Source: Geminicoccaceae bacterium
GTDB lineage: Bacteria > Pseudomonadota > Alphaproteobacteria > Geminicoccales > Geminicoccaceae
Reading direction: 5' to 3'
Assembly (NCBI GenBank): GCA_028279345.1
Contig: JANQNY010000045.1
Span: 3,569 to 67,568 of the forward strand
Length of the DNA: 64,000 nt
In this document: positions 14,847 through 24,838 of the stretch, one piece after another
How positions within the stretch are numbered: the stretch's first letter is position 1
How the letters are laid out: each line of letters opens with the position of its first letter
Notes under the pieces: model-generated
Databases searched by the model: none
Seen by the model: the letters and a program-made list of their open reading frames with translations, nothing else
What the model was told of the DNA's origin: nothing
Program-made: the position numbers and the translations under genes

Positions 14847-17045
14847 ATGAGCGAAGGCGCGACGGTGCGCACGGGCTTGCACCGCGTGGCTCACTGGCTG
14901 GAGCAGCGCAGCGTTGCCGGCCGCATGGCCATCTTGCTCGCGGCGCTCGTGGCCCTCGGCGGCGCGATCTCGTGGATCGCCATCACCGCCGGGCCGGCCG
15001 ACGGCAGCGACGTGGGCACGTTGCTGTGGCTCTTGAACCTGAACCTCGCGATTTTGGTGTTGCTCGCCGTCGTGGTCGGGCGCCAGGCGCTGACTCTCTA
15101 CAGGGCGCGGCGGCGGGGCAAGGCCGGCACGCTGCAGACGCGCATGGTGACCATGTTCGGCGTCGTCGCGGTCACGCCGGCGGTATTGGTCTCCATCTTC
15201 TCGCTGGTCTTCTTCAACTACGGCCTCGACACGTGGTTCGGCGAGCGCGTGCAGCGCGCGCTGACGACGTCGCTGAACGTGAGCCGGGCCTACCTGGAAG
15301 AGCACAAGGCCAACATCCGCGCCGATGCGTTCGCCATGGCGGCCGATCTCGGCGCCCAAGCGCCGCTCCTGGTGGCGGCGGACAGCCGGCTCAGTCGGCT
15401 GCTCGACGCGCAAGCCGCGTTGCGTGCGCTGACCGAGGCCGTCGTCTTCACCGCCGATGGTCGCGAGCTGGGGCGTAGTGGGCTCACTTTCGGCATCGAG
15501 GTGAGCGAGATCGACCCGGGCTCGATCGAGCAGGCCGACGCGGGCGACGTGGTCATCCTCACCAGCGACACCGAGGATCGCGTGCGGGCGCTCGTGGCGC
15601 TGCCGGGCCTGCTCGACGCGTTTCTGGTGGTCGGCCGCTTTGTCGACGCCGAGGTGCTGGGCTATGTCGCACAGACCGAGCGCGTGGTCGGCGACTATCA
15701 GGAGATCGCCGCCGAGCGGGCCGACATCCGCTTCACCTTCACGCTGATCTTCACCACTGTCGCCCTCTTGCTCCTGCTGGCCGCGGTTTGGGCCGGTGCT
15801 GCCTTCGCCGACCGCATCGCCACGCCGATCGCGCGGCTCGCCGGCGCCGCCGATCGTGTCCGCGCAGGCGATCTGGGGGCTAGGGTGGGCGAGGAACCGG
15901 CGACCGAGGAGGTGACCACGCTCACCCGCGCGTTCAACCGGATGACCGAGCAGCTCGCCGCCCAGCACTACGCGCTCGTCGCTGCCAACCAGGAGGTCGA
16001 CGAGCGCAGGCGCTTCACCGAAGCCGTGCTGAGCGGCGTCAATGCGGGGGTCATCGGCGTCGATCACGACGGCGCCATCGTCTTGCCGAACAGAACCGCC
16101 GCGGCCTTCCTCGGCCGTCAGCTCGACGAGCTGACCGGCCGGCGTTTGGTGGACGTTTTCCCGGAGGCGGTCGGCATCCTCGCGCATGCGGCGCAGCGCC
16201 CTGAAATGCCGGCACGCGAGCAGGTCGATGTACTGCGTGAAGGTCGCGTTCACACGCTCCTGGTGCGGGTCGAGGCACAGCTCGCGGAGGAGGGCGTCCG
16301 AGGCTACGTGCTGACCTTCGACGACATCTCGGCGCTCCTGCAGGCGCAGCGGCAGGCGGCCTGGGCCGACGTCGCCCGACGCGTCGCGCACGAGATCAAG
16401 AACCCGCTGACGCCCATCCAACTTTCGGCAGAGCGGCTCGCCCGCAAATACGCACCCCTCGCCGGCGACCAGCGCGCGCACTTCGAGCGGTCCGTCGCAA
16501 CGATCGCCGAGCAGGTGGAGATCATCCGGCGTCTCATCAACGAGTTCTCGACCTTTGCCCGGATGCCGCCGCCGCAGGTGAAGCCCGAGCCGGTTGTCGA
16601 CATCGTCAAGCGGACCGTCGAGCTGCAGCGCGCGGGCTTCCCCTCGATCGACTTCGAGGTCGAAGCGCCTGAGCCGGATCTGGTCCTCTCCTGCGACAGC
16701 GGCAAGCTCGCTCAGGCGCTGACCAATCTCCTGCAGAACGCCGCGCAAGCGATCCTCGAGGCCGATATCGCTGACGGTCGGGTCGTCGCATCGGTCGAGC
16801 CGCGGGGGCCTGAGATCCTGATCAGCGTGACCGACAACGGCCCCGGCTGGCCCACGGGCGATCTCCAGCGGCTCACCGAGCCCTATGTCACGTCGCGGCA
16901 GGGCGGGACGGGTTTGGGGCTCGCCATCGTCAAGCGGATCATGGACGAGCACGGCGGACGCCTGTTGCTGGAGGCGCGAGATGGCCGCGGGGCCATCGTG
17001 ACGCTTGCCTTTGCGGCCGGCGCGCTCGATAGCGTGGCGGCATGA
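14847..17045 (+). CDS. ntrY: sensor histidine kinase NtrY
   Basis: N-terminal TM segments, HAMP, PAS, H-box VAHEIKNPLTPIQLSAERL, and G-boxes. It lies upstream of ntrX. I chose the ATG at 14847; the ORF track starts at TTG 14817. Confidence 0.9.
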   Translation: MSEGATVRTGLHRVAHWLEQRSVAGRMAILLAALVALGGAISWIAITAGPADGSDVGTLLWLLNLNLAILVLLAVVVGRQALTLYRARRRGKAGTLQTRMVTMFGVVAVTPAVLVSIFSLVFFNYGLDTWFGERVQRALTTSLNVSRAYLEEHKANIRADAFAMAADLGAQAPLLVAADSRLSRLLDAQAALRALTEAVVFTADGRELGRSGLTFGIEVSEIDPGSIEQADAGDVVILTSDTEDRVRALVALPGLLDAFLVVGRFVDAEVLGYVAQTERVVGDYQEIAAERADIRFTFTLIFTTVALLLLLAAVWAGAAFADRIATPIARLAGAADRVRAGDLGARVGEEPATEEVTTLTRAFNRMTEQLAAQHYALVAANQEVDERRRFTEAVLSGVNAGVIGVDHDGAIVLPNRTAAAFLGRQLDELTGRRLVDVFPEAVGILAHAAQRPEMPAREQVDVLREGRVHTLLVRVEAQLAEEGVRGYVLTFDDISALLQAQRQAAWADVARRVAHEIKNPLTPIQLSAERLARKYAPLAGDQRAHFERSVATIAEQVEIIRRLINEFSTFARMPPPQVKPEPVVDIVKRTVELQRAGFPSIDFEVEAPEPDLVLSCDSGKLAQALTNLLQNAAQAILEADIADGRVVASVEPRGPEILISVTDNGPGWPTGDLQRLTEPYVTSRQGGTGLGLAIVKRIMDEHGGRLLLEARDGRGAIVTLAFAAGALDSVAA

Positions 17046-18424
17046 CTGCAGATATTCTCATCGTTGACGACGAAGCAGCCATCCGCCTGACGATGGCAGA
17101 CATTCTGGAAGACGAGGGCTACGCCGTTCGTCAGGCCGCGGACAGCCGCGAGGCGTTGGGCGCGATCCAAGGGCAGCCGCCCGATCTCGTGCTCTTGGAC
17201 ATCTGGCTCGAGGGCAGCGAGCTGGACGGCATCGAAGTGCTGGACGAGGTGAAGCGCTTCGACCCGGAACTTCCAGTGATCATGATCAGCGGCCACGGCA
17301 CCATCGAAACGGCCGTCAGCGCGATCCGCAAGGGCGCCTATGATTTTCTGGAGAAGCCCTTCAAGGCGGACCAGCTGATCGTCGGCGCGGAACGCGCGCT
17401 GGAAGCGGCCCGTTTGCGGCGAGAAGTCGCCGAGCTGCGGCTTCGGGCGGGCGCGGACGATGCGCTGATCGGGCGCTCCACACCGATCACCCAGATCCGG
17501 CAAGCGATCGACCGGGCGGCGCCGACCAACAGCCGCATTCTCATCACCGGTCCCGCCGGCAGCGGCAAGGAGGTGGTCGCCAGACTCGTGCACGCGCGCT
17601 CGCGGCGTAGCCAGGCACCCTTTCTCGTCATCAACGCCGCCAATCTCGAGCCCGAGCGGGTCGCCGTCGAGCTCTTCGGCACCGAGGAGCGGGGGCAGCA
17701 GGGTGGCACGGTGCGACCGGGCATGCTCGAGCGCGCGCATCGCGGTACGCTCCTGATCGATCAGGTGGCCGACATGCCGCTGGAGACGCAGGGCCGCCTG
17801 TTGCGCGTGCTGCAAGATCAGCGCTTTCGTCGGGTCGGCGGCCAGCAGGAACTCACCGTCGATGTCCGGATCCTCGCCGCGACCCACACCAGCCTCGAGG
17901 ACGAGATCCGCGACGGGCGCTTTCGCGAAGATCTCTACTACCGGCTCAACGTCGTGCCGCTGCACCTGCCGCCGCTCAGCCAGCGGCGCGAGGACATCCC
18001 GCTGTTCGTCGAGCATTTCACCGACCTCTTGACCCGCGCCGCGGGCCTGCCGGCACGCTCGTTCTCGTCGAAGGCGATGGCGATCCTGCAGGCGGCGGAT
18101 TGGCAGGGGAACGTGCGTGAGCTCAGGAACACCATCGAGCGCATCCTCATCCTCGCCGCCGGCGATGCGCGCGAGCCCGTGGGCATCGAGGACTTGCCGG
18201 CGGAGCTCGTCCAGGGTGCCAACGCGGCCTTGGACATCCACGCGGCGGACTATGTGACGCTGCCGCTCCGCGACGCCCGCGAGCGGTTCGAGCGCGCTTA
18301 TCTGAAAGCGCAGCTCGAGCGGTTCGGCGGGAATGTCTCGCGGACCGCGCTATTCGTCGGGATGGAGCGGTCAGCGCTGCATCGCAAGCTGCGCTCGCTC
18401 GACCTGCAGAGTGGCGACGGGTGA
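17042..18424 (+). CDS. ntrX: sigma-54-type response regulator NtrX
   Basis: Receiver domain plus an AAA+ domain (GPAGSGKE) that lacks a canonical GAFTGA loop, then a C-terminal HTH. This is typical of NtrX. Confidence 0.9.
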   Translation: MTADILIVDDEAAIRLTMADILEDEGYAVRQAADSREALGAIQGQPPDLVLLDIWLEGSELDGIEVLDEVKRFDPELPVIMISGHGTIETAVSAIRKGAYDFLEKPFKADQLIVGAERALEAARLRREVAELRLRAGADDALIGRSTPITQIRQAIDRAAPTNSRILITGPAGSGKEVVARLVHARSRRSQAPFLVINAANLEPERVAVELFGTEERGQQGGTVRPGMLERAHRGTLLIDQVADMPLETQGRLLRVLQDQRFRRVGGQQELTVDVRILAATHTSLEDEIRDGRFREDLYYRLNVVPLHLPPLSQRREDIPLFVEHFTDLLTRAAGLPARSFSSKAMAILQAADWQGNVRELRNTIERILILAAGDAREPVGIEDLPAELVQGANAALDIHAADYVTLPLRDARERFERAYLKAQLERFGGNVSRTALFVGMERSALHRKLRSLDLQSGDG

Positions 18425-18425
18425 G

Positions 18426-19802
18426 ATGAAGGTGGTCGTCTGCGGTGCCGGACAGGTCGGCATGAACATCGCAAGCTACCTCGTTCGCGCCGGCCACGAC
18501 GTCACGATCATCGACCAGATGCAGGACCTCGCGCGGAAGCTCGGCGAGAGCCTCGACATCAAGGCGATCGCCGGGCACGCCTCGCATCCGGACGTTTTGG
18601 AAGAGGCGGGCGTGCCGGACGCCGATATGTTGATCGCGGTGACCTACGCCGACGAGGTCAACATGACGGCCTGCCAGGTGGCGCATACGCTGTTCGACGT
18701 GCCCACCAAGATCGCACGGATCCGCCAGCAGGCGTACTTGCAACCGCGCTGGAACGACCTCTTCCGGGCCGACCATCTGCCGATCGACGTGGTCATCTCG
18801 CCAGAGTTCGAGGTCGCGCGCACCATCGCACGGCGGCTGGAGATTCCGGGCGCCGTCGAGGTCATTCCATTCGCCGACGATCTGGTCCGCCTCATCGCCG
18901 TCCGCTGCAACGCGAACTGCCCGATGCGGGACACGCCGCTCAAGCAGCTCGCCTTCCTGTTTCCCGATCTACACCTGACGACCATCGGCATGGTTCGGGA
19001 CGGCCATTTCTTCGTGCCGAGCGGCGACGATCAGATGCTGGAGGGTGACGACGTCTACTTCGTCGTCGAGACCGCGCGCATGGAACGGGCCATGAGCGCC
19101 TTCGGCTACGAGCAGCCGCGTGCGGAGCGCCTGGTCATCGTCGGCGGCGGCAATGTCGGCAGCTACCTCGCGGACGTGCAGCACAAGAGCCACCCCGAAG
19201 CGTCGATCAAGGTCGTGGAGGCGCGGCGCGATACGGCGGAAGCGCTCGCCGCCACGCGACCGTGGCTCAACGTCCTCCTGGGCGACGCGCGTGAGGACGA
19301 TCTCCTGGCGGAGGCCAATGTCGGCAGCGTTGATGCGCTCGTCTGCGTCACCAACGACGACGAGGTCAACATCATGGCGGCGCTCTTGGCCAAGCGCAAA
19401 GGCTGCCCGCTCGCCTTCTCGTTGGTCAATCACGGCAACTATGCGCCGCTCCTGGGGCCGCTCGGCATCGACGTCACGGTCAACCCGCGGGAGACCACAG
19501 TGTCGAGCGTGCTGCGGCATATTCGCCGCGGCCGCATTCGAGCGGTCCAATCGATCGTCGACGGTGCTGCGGAGCTTTTCGAGGCGGAGGCTTTGGAGAC
19601 CTCACCACTCGTCGGCTTGCCGCTGCGCGACGTGAATCTGCCCGCCGGTGTCATCGTCGCTGCCGTGGTACACGGCGACACCGTGATCACGCCGCGCGGC
19701 GACACCGTCATCCGCACCGGCGATCGTGTCATCGTGGCGGCCCGTGCCGCCATGGTGAAGCGGGTGGAGAAATTGTTCGCCGTTCGCCTAGATTACTTCT
19801 GA
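18426..19802 (+). CDS. trkA: Trk potassium uptake system NAD-binding protein
   Basis: MKVVVCGAGQVGMNIASYL Rossmann motif and duplicated RCK/TrkA-N plus TrkA-C domains; 458 aa. Confidence 0.92.
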   Translation: MKVVVCGAGQVGMNIASYLVRAGHDVTIIDQMQDLARKLGESLDIKAIAGHASHPDVLEEAGVPDADMLIAVTYADEVNMTACQVAHTLFDVPTKIARIRQQAYLQPRWNDLFRADHLPIDVVISPEFEVARTIARRLEIPGAVEVIPFADDLVRLIAVRCNANCPMRDTPLKQLAFLFPDLHLTTIGMVRDGHFFVPSGDDQMLEGDDVYFVVETARMERAMSAFGYEQPRAERLVIVGGGNVGSYLADVQHKSHPEASIKVVEARRDTAEALAATRPWLNVLLGDAREDDLLAEANVGSVDALVCVTNDDEVNIMAALLAKRKGCPLAFSLVNHGNYAPLLGPLGIDVTVNPRETTVSSVLRHIRRGRIRAVQSIVDGAAELFEAEALETSPLVGLPLRDVNLPAGVIVAAVVHGDTVITPRGDTVIRTGDRVIVAARAAMVKRVEKLFAVRLDYF

Positions 19803-19825
19803 GCGGGGGACGGGAGAGGGACACA

Positions 19826-20722
19826 ATGGCCGGGATCGCCTACGTCAACGGCCGCTACCTGCCCAAAGCGCAGGCGACGGTGAACATCGAGGATCGTGGC
19901 AATCAGTTTGCCGACGGCGTCTATGAGGTGCTCAAGGTCATCGACGGTCGCCTTTCCGACGGCGACCGGCATTTCGCCAGGCTGCATCGCTCCCTTGCCG
20001 CGATCGAGGTCGACCCGCCGATGACCGATCGGGCGTTGGAGCAGGTCATCCTGGAGACGGTTCGACGCAACCGGCTCGAAGACGCGACGGTCTACGTGCA
20101 GATCAGCCGCGGTGCCGCGCCGCGCGATCACCTCTTCCCGCGCGATACGTTGCCGTCAATCATGATGACGGCCCGGCGTTTGAAGCGCCCCGACCCGAAG
20201 GCCTACGCGGACGGCGTCGGCGTGGTGACGGCCCCCGACCTCCGGTGGCTGCGATGCGAGATCAAGTCGGTCAGCCTCTTGGCGAACGTGCTCGCCAAGC
20301 AAGCGGCTGCCGAGGACGGCTGCTACGAGACGTGGCTGACCCGCGACGACGGCGTGGTTACCGAGTGCAGCGCCTCCAACGCCTACATCGTGGACGCCAG
20401 CGGTGTTCTGCGGACGCACCCGCTGTCGTCGCTGATCCTCGGCGGCGTCACGCGCTCGGTGGTGCTGGAACTCGCCCGGGCCGAGGGACTGCCGGTCGAA
20501 GAGCGGGCGTTCACCACGGCGGAGGTCGACACGGCCCATGAGGCCTTTTTGACGAGCACCAGCTCGTGGGTGATGCCGGTGGTTCGCGTCGACGGCCGTG
20601 CGGTCGCCGACGGTACGCCCGGCCCTGTTACCCGCCGACTGCAGCAGGCTTACCAGGCTCACGTGTTCGGCAATCGCGCACCGACCGGGTTGTCGGTTGC
20701 GGCGAGCGCTGCTGCTGGTTAG
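19826..20722 (+). CDS. class IV aminotransferase (D-amino-acid / branched-chain aminotransferase family)
   Basis: EDRGNQFADGVYEVLKV and EIKSVSLL motifs of fold-type IV PLP enzymes. Confidence 0.85.
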   Translation: MAGIAYVNGRYLPKAQATVNIEDRGNQFADGVYEVLKVIDGRLSDGDRHFARLHRSLAAIEVDPPMTDRALEQVILETVRRNRLEDATVYVQISRGAAPRDHLFPRDTLPSIMMTARRLKRPDPKAYADGVGVVTAPDLRWLRCEIKSVSLLANVLAKQAAAEDGCYETWLTRDDGVVTECSASNAYIVDASGVLRTHPLSSLILGGVTRSVVLELARAEGLPVEERAFTTAEVDTAHEAFLTSTSSWVMPVVRVDGRAVADGTPGPVTRRLQQAYQAHVFGNRAPTGLSVAASAAAG

Positions 20723-20793
20723 GGTCGGCTAGCCTATGCTGCACTGCGGCGTCGCCCACCTGCGGCGATTGATGCTACTCGAAGGGTTCGACC

Positions 20794-21081
20794 ATGCCGG
20801 CTGAAAAAACGGCCAACCTGCAGGACGTGTTCTTGAACCACGTCCGCAAAAACAAGATTGCCGTCACCATCTTTCTCATCAACGGTGTCAAGTTGCAGGG
20901 CGTGATCAGCTCGTTCGACAACTTCTGCCTGTTGCTGCGGCGAGATGGACATGTCCAGCTGGTCTACAAACACGCGGTATCGACGGTGATGCCAGCGGCG
21001 CCGATCCGGCTCTACGAGCCGGGCCAGGATGCGCAGCCCGCCGCCGCGCCGGCCCAGCCTGCCGCAACGGCGTCGGAGTAG
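20794..21081 (+). CDS. hfq: RNA chaperone Hfq
   Basis: [40 protein letters not shown]... matches Hfq Sm1/Sm2 almost canonically. Confidence 0.98.
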   Translation: MPAEKTANLQDVFLNHVRKNKIAVTIFLINGVKLQGVISSFDNFCLLLRRDGHVQLVYKHAVSTVMPAAPIRLYEPGQDAQPAAAPAQPAATASE

Positions 21082-21128
21082 CCGCAACGGGCACGCCTGC
21101 GCCTGGCGCCGACAGCAATCGGGCAGTC

Positions 21129-22430
21129 GTGGTCCGCCCCGAGGTGGACCTCCGCCTTGCCGAGCAGCTCAGCGCCGAGCGGCTCGAAGAGGCGCGTCGG
21201 CTGACCCGCGGACTTGGCGTCGACATCGTCCTCGCCGATCGCTTTCCGTTGCGCGAGCCGCGACCGGCAACCCTGATCGCTGGCGGGCGGCTGGCCTGGC
21301 TGAAGGAGGTGGTGGCCGACGAGGCGATCGAGCTGGTCGTCGTCGATGCGTCGCTCAGCCCGATCCAGCAGCGCAACCTGGAGCGGTCGCTCGAAGCCAA
21401 GGTGATCGACCGGACCGGCCTGATCCTCGAGATCTTCGGCGAGCGCGCGCAGACCGCGGAGGGCCGGCTGCAGGTCGAACTGGCGGCGCTTACCTATCAG
21501 CGCTCGCGTCTTGTTCGCTCCTGGACCCATCTTGAGCGGCAGCGTGGCGGTGCCGGCTTCATGGGCGGCCCTGGCGAACGCCAGATCGAGCTCGACCGCC
21601 GGCGTATCGACGACCGCATCACGCAGATCCGTCGCCAGCTCGAGGATGTGAAGCGCACGCGTGGCATTCAGCGCGAGGCGCGCGGGCGCGTGCCGCTGCC
21701 GGCTGTGGCGCTGGTCGGCTACACCAACGCCGGCAAGTCGACCTGGTTCAACCGGCTCACGCGCGCCCATGTGCACGCCGCCGATCAGCTCTTCGCGACG
21801 CTCGACCCCACCATTCGCGCGGTGCGTCTGCCGACCGGGGAGCGCATCGCGCTGAGCGATACGGTGGGCTTCATCTCGGACCTGCCCACACAGCTCGTGG
21901 CAGCCTTCCGCGCGACGCTCGAAGAGGTGCTGTCGGCCACCGTCGTCATCCATGTCCGTGACATGGCGAGCCCGGCAAGCGAGGCGCAGATGGCCGACGT
22001 GGAGAGCGTGCTCGCCGAGCTCGGGCTCGACCGTGCGGCGCAGGAACGTCGGGTGATCGAGCTCTGGAACAAGGTGGATCGCCTCGACCCGGCGGCGCGG
22101 GCGACGCTCGAAGCCCGGATCCCCGGGGGCCGCGCAGTGCTCGGCTCGGCCACCACGGGCGAGGGCGAGGCCGCGCTCTTGGCCCTCGTCGCCGAACGCC
22201 TCGGGCGGTTCCGCACGCGCATGGTGCTGCGGGTGCCGGTGAGCGATGGTGCCTCCGTCGCCAAGGCCTATCGCTTGGCGGCCGTGGTCGATCGGCGCGA
22301 AACCGAGCGCCAGGTGGAACTCGATCTCGATGTGCCGCCGGAAAACGTCGACCGCCTGCGCCGCTTTGCCGAAGCCGGTGCCTTCGATCTGGAGCTGACG
22401 GCGACGCACGAGCGCAGCGCCGCGTCCTGA
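21129..22430 (+). CDS. hflX: GTPase HflX
   Basis: HflX N-domain (IDRTGLILEIFGERAQTAEGRLQVELA) and G-domain (GYTNAGKSTWFN, DTVGF, NKVD). It lies downstream of hfq. Confidence 0.95.
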   Translation: MVRPEVDLRLAEQLSAERLEEARRLTRGLGVDIVLADRFPLREPRPATLIAGGRLAWLKEVVADEAIELVVVDASLSPIQQRNLERSLEAKVIDRTGLILEIFGERAQTAEGRLQVELAALTYQRSRLVRSWTHLERQRGGAGFMGGPGERQIELDRRRIDDRITQIRRQLEDVKRTRGIQREARGRVPLPAVALVGYTNAGKSTWFNRLTRAHVHAADQLFATLDPTIRAVRLPTGERIALSDTVGFISDLPTQLVAAFRATLEEVLSATVVIHVRDMASPASEAQMADVESVLAELGLDRAAQERRVIELWNKVDRLDPAARATLEARIPGGRAVLGSATTGEGEAALLALVAERLGRFRTRMVLRVPVSDGASVAKAYRLAAVVDRRETERQVELDLDVPPENVDRLRRFAEAGAFDLELTATHERSAAS

Positions 22431-22526
22431 GAACCGCTCGACCGTCACACATTTGCGCTAAAGATCGCGGTGCGCACCGTCGGGCCGCTCTGCCGATGGC
22501 GTACGCGATTGCCAGGGAGCACGTCG

Positions 22527-23555
22527 ATGGCGCGTCGCCTCAACCGTTTCCACGTCGTCGTCATTGGCGACTACAACGACGACGACGCCCACGGGATCGT
22601 TCGCGACAACCTCTATTACTGGCTGGACGCCAACGATATCTCGATCCTCGGTTTCGACCGGGTCGATGTGCGGCCCTTCAACACGGTCCAGACCGGCTAC
22701 ATGCTGGCGCGCCGCGCGCTGAACCCGCTCTCGCAGTCCGAACGCGAGGTGTTCTTCGTCAACACCGCACCGCGCATGGACGACGCGCGCGCTCGCGCCA
22801 AGAACCAGGGCGAGGGCTTCGTCGCGGCACGGCTGGCGAACGGCAAGCAGATCTTCGCGGTCAACAGCGGCTTCTCCCTCGCCTTCGTCAAACGCGCCGT
22901 GGTCTCGCTCAAGGCGATGAACGTGCCGGACGACGCTGGTGACATCCCGATACTGGTGGACGCGCTCAGGGCTGGGGGCGTGGGTCTCGATGCGACCGGT
23001 GCCGGCCAATTTCGCTCGGGCTACATCTATCCGGTAGCCACCGCGCGGGCGCTCGCCGCCGTCGATGAGCCCCTTAGCCCCAGTTTCAAGGGCCTCTTCG
23101 GGCCGGACGTCGATCCGAGCCTGCTGCCGGACATTCCGGACGACGCACTTGTCTTCCGCGACGGTTACGGCAACCTCAAGACGTCGGTGCAGCCGGCAGC
23201 GCTGGAGCCGCACTATGGCGCCTTGGCGGTCGTCGCGTGCAACGGCCAGGAGGTGATCGCGCGGATCAGCCCGGCGATCTTCGATGTCGCCAACGAGCAG
23301 TTCTCCTTCGCGCCGGGCAGCACGATCCTCGCCTACGGCCCCGACGAACGGCGCCAGTTCACCGAGATCGTGCTGCGCGGCGGCAACGCGGCCCGCGCCT
23401 TCGCCCGTGCGGTCGGCGAGGTCGAATTGCGCCTACCGAACGAGGGTGCCGCGATAACGTGGCGCCTCGCCGAACCCGCCGACCTCGCCCGGCTGGGTTA
23501 CAGCGACGACGGCACGCCGCCCGAGGCGTTGCTCGAGGTTTGTCGGGTCGGCTAG
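22527..23555 (+). CDS. divergent DUF62 / SAM hydroxide adenosyltransferase (SAM hydrolase/halogenase) family-like protein
   Basis: By-eye colinearity with DUF62 landmarks. VVVIGDYNDDD compares with TDFG; VFFVNTAPR with V.VIDPGVG; FAVNSGFSL with VGPDNGL. FRDGYGNLKT and the C-terminal barrel (FAPGSTILAY...EIVLRGGNAARAF) also align. Several catalytic-site motifs are substituted. This is unverified without an HMM. Confidence 0.5.
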   Translation: MARRLNRFHVVVIGDYNDDDAHGIVRDNLYYWLDANDISILGFDRVDVRPFNTVQTGYMLARRALNPLSQSEREVFFVNTAPRMDDARARAKNQGEGFVAARLANGKQIFAVNSGFSLAFVKRAVVSLKAMNVPDDAGDIPILVDALRAGGVGLDATGAGQFRSGYIYPVATARALAAVDEPLSPSFKGLFGPDVDPSLLPDIPDDALVFRDGYGNLKTSVQPAALEPHYGALAVVACNGQEVIARISPAIFDVANEQFSFAPGSTILAYGPDERRQFTEIVLRGGNAARAFARAVGEVELRLPNEGAAITWRLAEPADLARLGYSDDGTPPEALLEVCRVG

Positions 23556-23767
23556 GACGCCAGCCGGTCGGCATGTGATCCGAGGCGAACGCCCCGAACA
23601 TGCCCGGCCAGATCGAGTGCCAAAAAGGGTCGTTATCTACGGTGACACAAACGTGTGGGTTTTGGCGCATTCTGCGGTGCGGAGAAGGTCCGGTTCGAGC
23701 CAAAAATGCTTGATGCGGCGTCGCGGCAAAAGTCGACTGGAGAAAGAATGGGTGCTAATGTTCCTTA

Positions 23768-24142
23768 ATGGCAAATGAATTTGATCAATTCTTAGTTGAT
23801 CGTGTGCAGCCCCAGCACAGGGCGATCATAGAGCGATTTTGTGAGCAGATGGCCGACGTCGGGCCGGAGGCATCGCGACGTATGCGTGGTGGAACCGAGA
23901 AATACTATTCCGTTCCCGTTTACACTGTAAAACGAGATATCGTTGCGATCAGCCCAACAAAGACAGGCGTGACTTTTTCGTTCACCTATGGTGCGAGTTT
24001 CGAGGATCGGCATGACAAACTGACCGGCTCCGGGAAGCGGTCAAGAACCGTTAGAGTGTCCAAGATTGAGAAATATCCCGAAGAGGCGATGGCCGACTTC
24101 ATACAGCAGGCGGTTACACTTGATCTCGCAGAAGGCCGCTAG
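23768..24142 (+). CDS. DUF1801 (YdhG-like) domain protein
   Basis: Size and sequence pattern (..YYSVPVYTVKRDIVAISPTKTGVTFSFTYG..) are typical of DUF1801. G+C is about 50%, well below the surroundings. Confidence 0.7.
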   Translation: MANEFDQFLVDRVQPQHRAIIERFCEQMADVGPEASRRMRGGTEKYYSVPVYTVKRDIVAISPTKTGVTFSFTYGASFEDRHDKLTGSGKRSRTVRVSKIEKYPEEAMADFIQQAVTLDLAEGR

Positions 24143-24196
24143 TTGAACGGCAGCTTCGTCCCGCAGACCGGACATTAACCCCTTGCCAGAACCTAT

Positions 24197-24222
24197 GCGC
24201 CAAAAACGGTCGTTTTTGGCGC
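24197..24222. repeat. near-perfect 26-nt palindrome GCGCCAAAAACG-GT-CGTTTTTGGCGC
   Basis: Read directly: 12 complementary positions on each arm. It lies 55 nt downstream of the DUF1801 stop. Degenerate copies of the half-site occur at 23619, 23660, 23699, 24258 and 24287. Confidence 0.8.
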
Positions 24223-24367
24223 CCCCGCAACGGTCGCGGAGAGACGCGCGCCCGGACGCGCCAAAACCCCCGGTCAAAACCAATGCGGTTTTGGAGGGGT
24301 TCCGGCACGTTGCGGGCGACCAGACGGCGCGTCCAGATGGTCGTCCCCATCGGAATGCGCCGGCGCC

Positions 24368-24604
24368 CTAGATCAACAGCTTCATGCCCTCGTGCGTGGC
24401 CTTGAAACCCAGTCCCTCGTAGAAGCGCAGCGCGTCGGTGCGCGACTTGGTGCTGGTGAGCTGGACCATGCGGCAACCGCGCTCTCGGCAGCACTCGATC
24501 TCCCAGGCGATGAAGCGGCGCCACCCGCTCGAACTGCGCTGGGCGGGCGAGGGCCCAACGATGACCCGGCGCTTGGCAGAATCTGCCGACTTGGCGCAGC
24601 TCGG
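24368..24604 (-). pseudogene. GNAT acetyltransferase 3' remnant (no start codon; paralogous to 25148-25606)
   Basis: 24368-24522 aligns to 25148-25302 with only a few mismatches over the first ~110 nt. It reads ...GWRRFIAWEIECCRERGCRMVQLTSTKSRTDALRFYEGLGFKATHEGMKLLI*. An in-frame TAG lies at 24605-24607 and there is no start codon. Confidence 0.8.
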
Positions 24605-24838
24605 CTAAAGAGAGGATGGCACGCCACACGAAGCGCTGCTGGAGGTCTGTCGGGTTGCATGAGCCGGAGGCAGTGCCAAAGGTGTGCCGCACGAGCGCAG
24701 TGCCTTCTGGCGGCCACAACATGGACGCTCGCTGTTGTCCGTGTTAGGAAACTCAGGATGTGTATGTGGCCTCAGAGTGAGGCCCGTCATCTAGCGTTCG
24801 GTTCAACGAGGTGACGCGCTGAGGGAGGGCCGACCAGG

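Noticed and set aside
24114-24722. 202-aa and 111-aa minus-strand ORFs over the GNAT remnant, and their twins at 25047-25271 and 25162-25434.
   Set aside because: They are out-of-frame readings of the duplicated GNAT 3' sequence. The true GNAT frame is identified by motif A and by the intact paralog.
24768-24784. Small hairpin GGCCTCA-gag-TGAGGCC upstream of the 88-aa ORF.
   Set aside because: It is a 7-bp stem with no T-tract and no repeat elsewhere. It is likely incidental.
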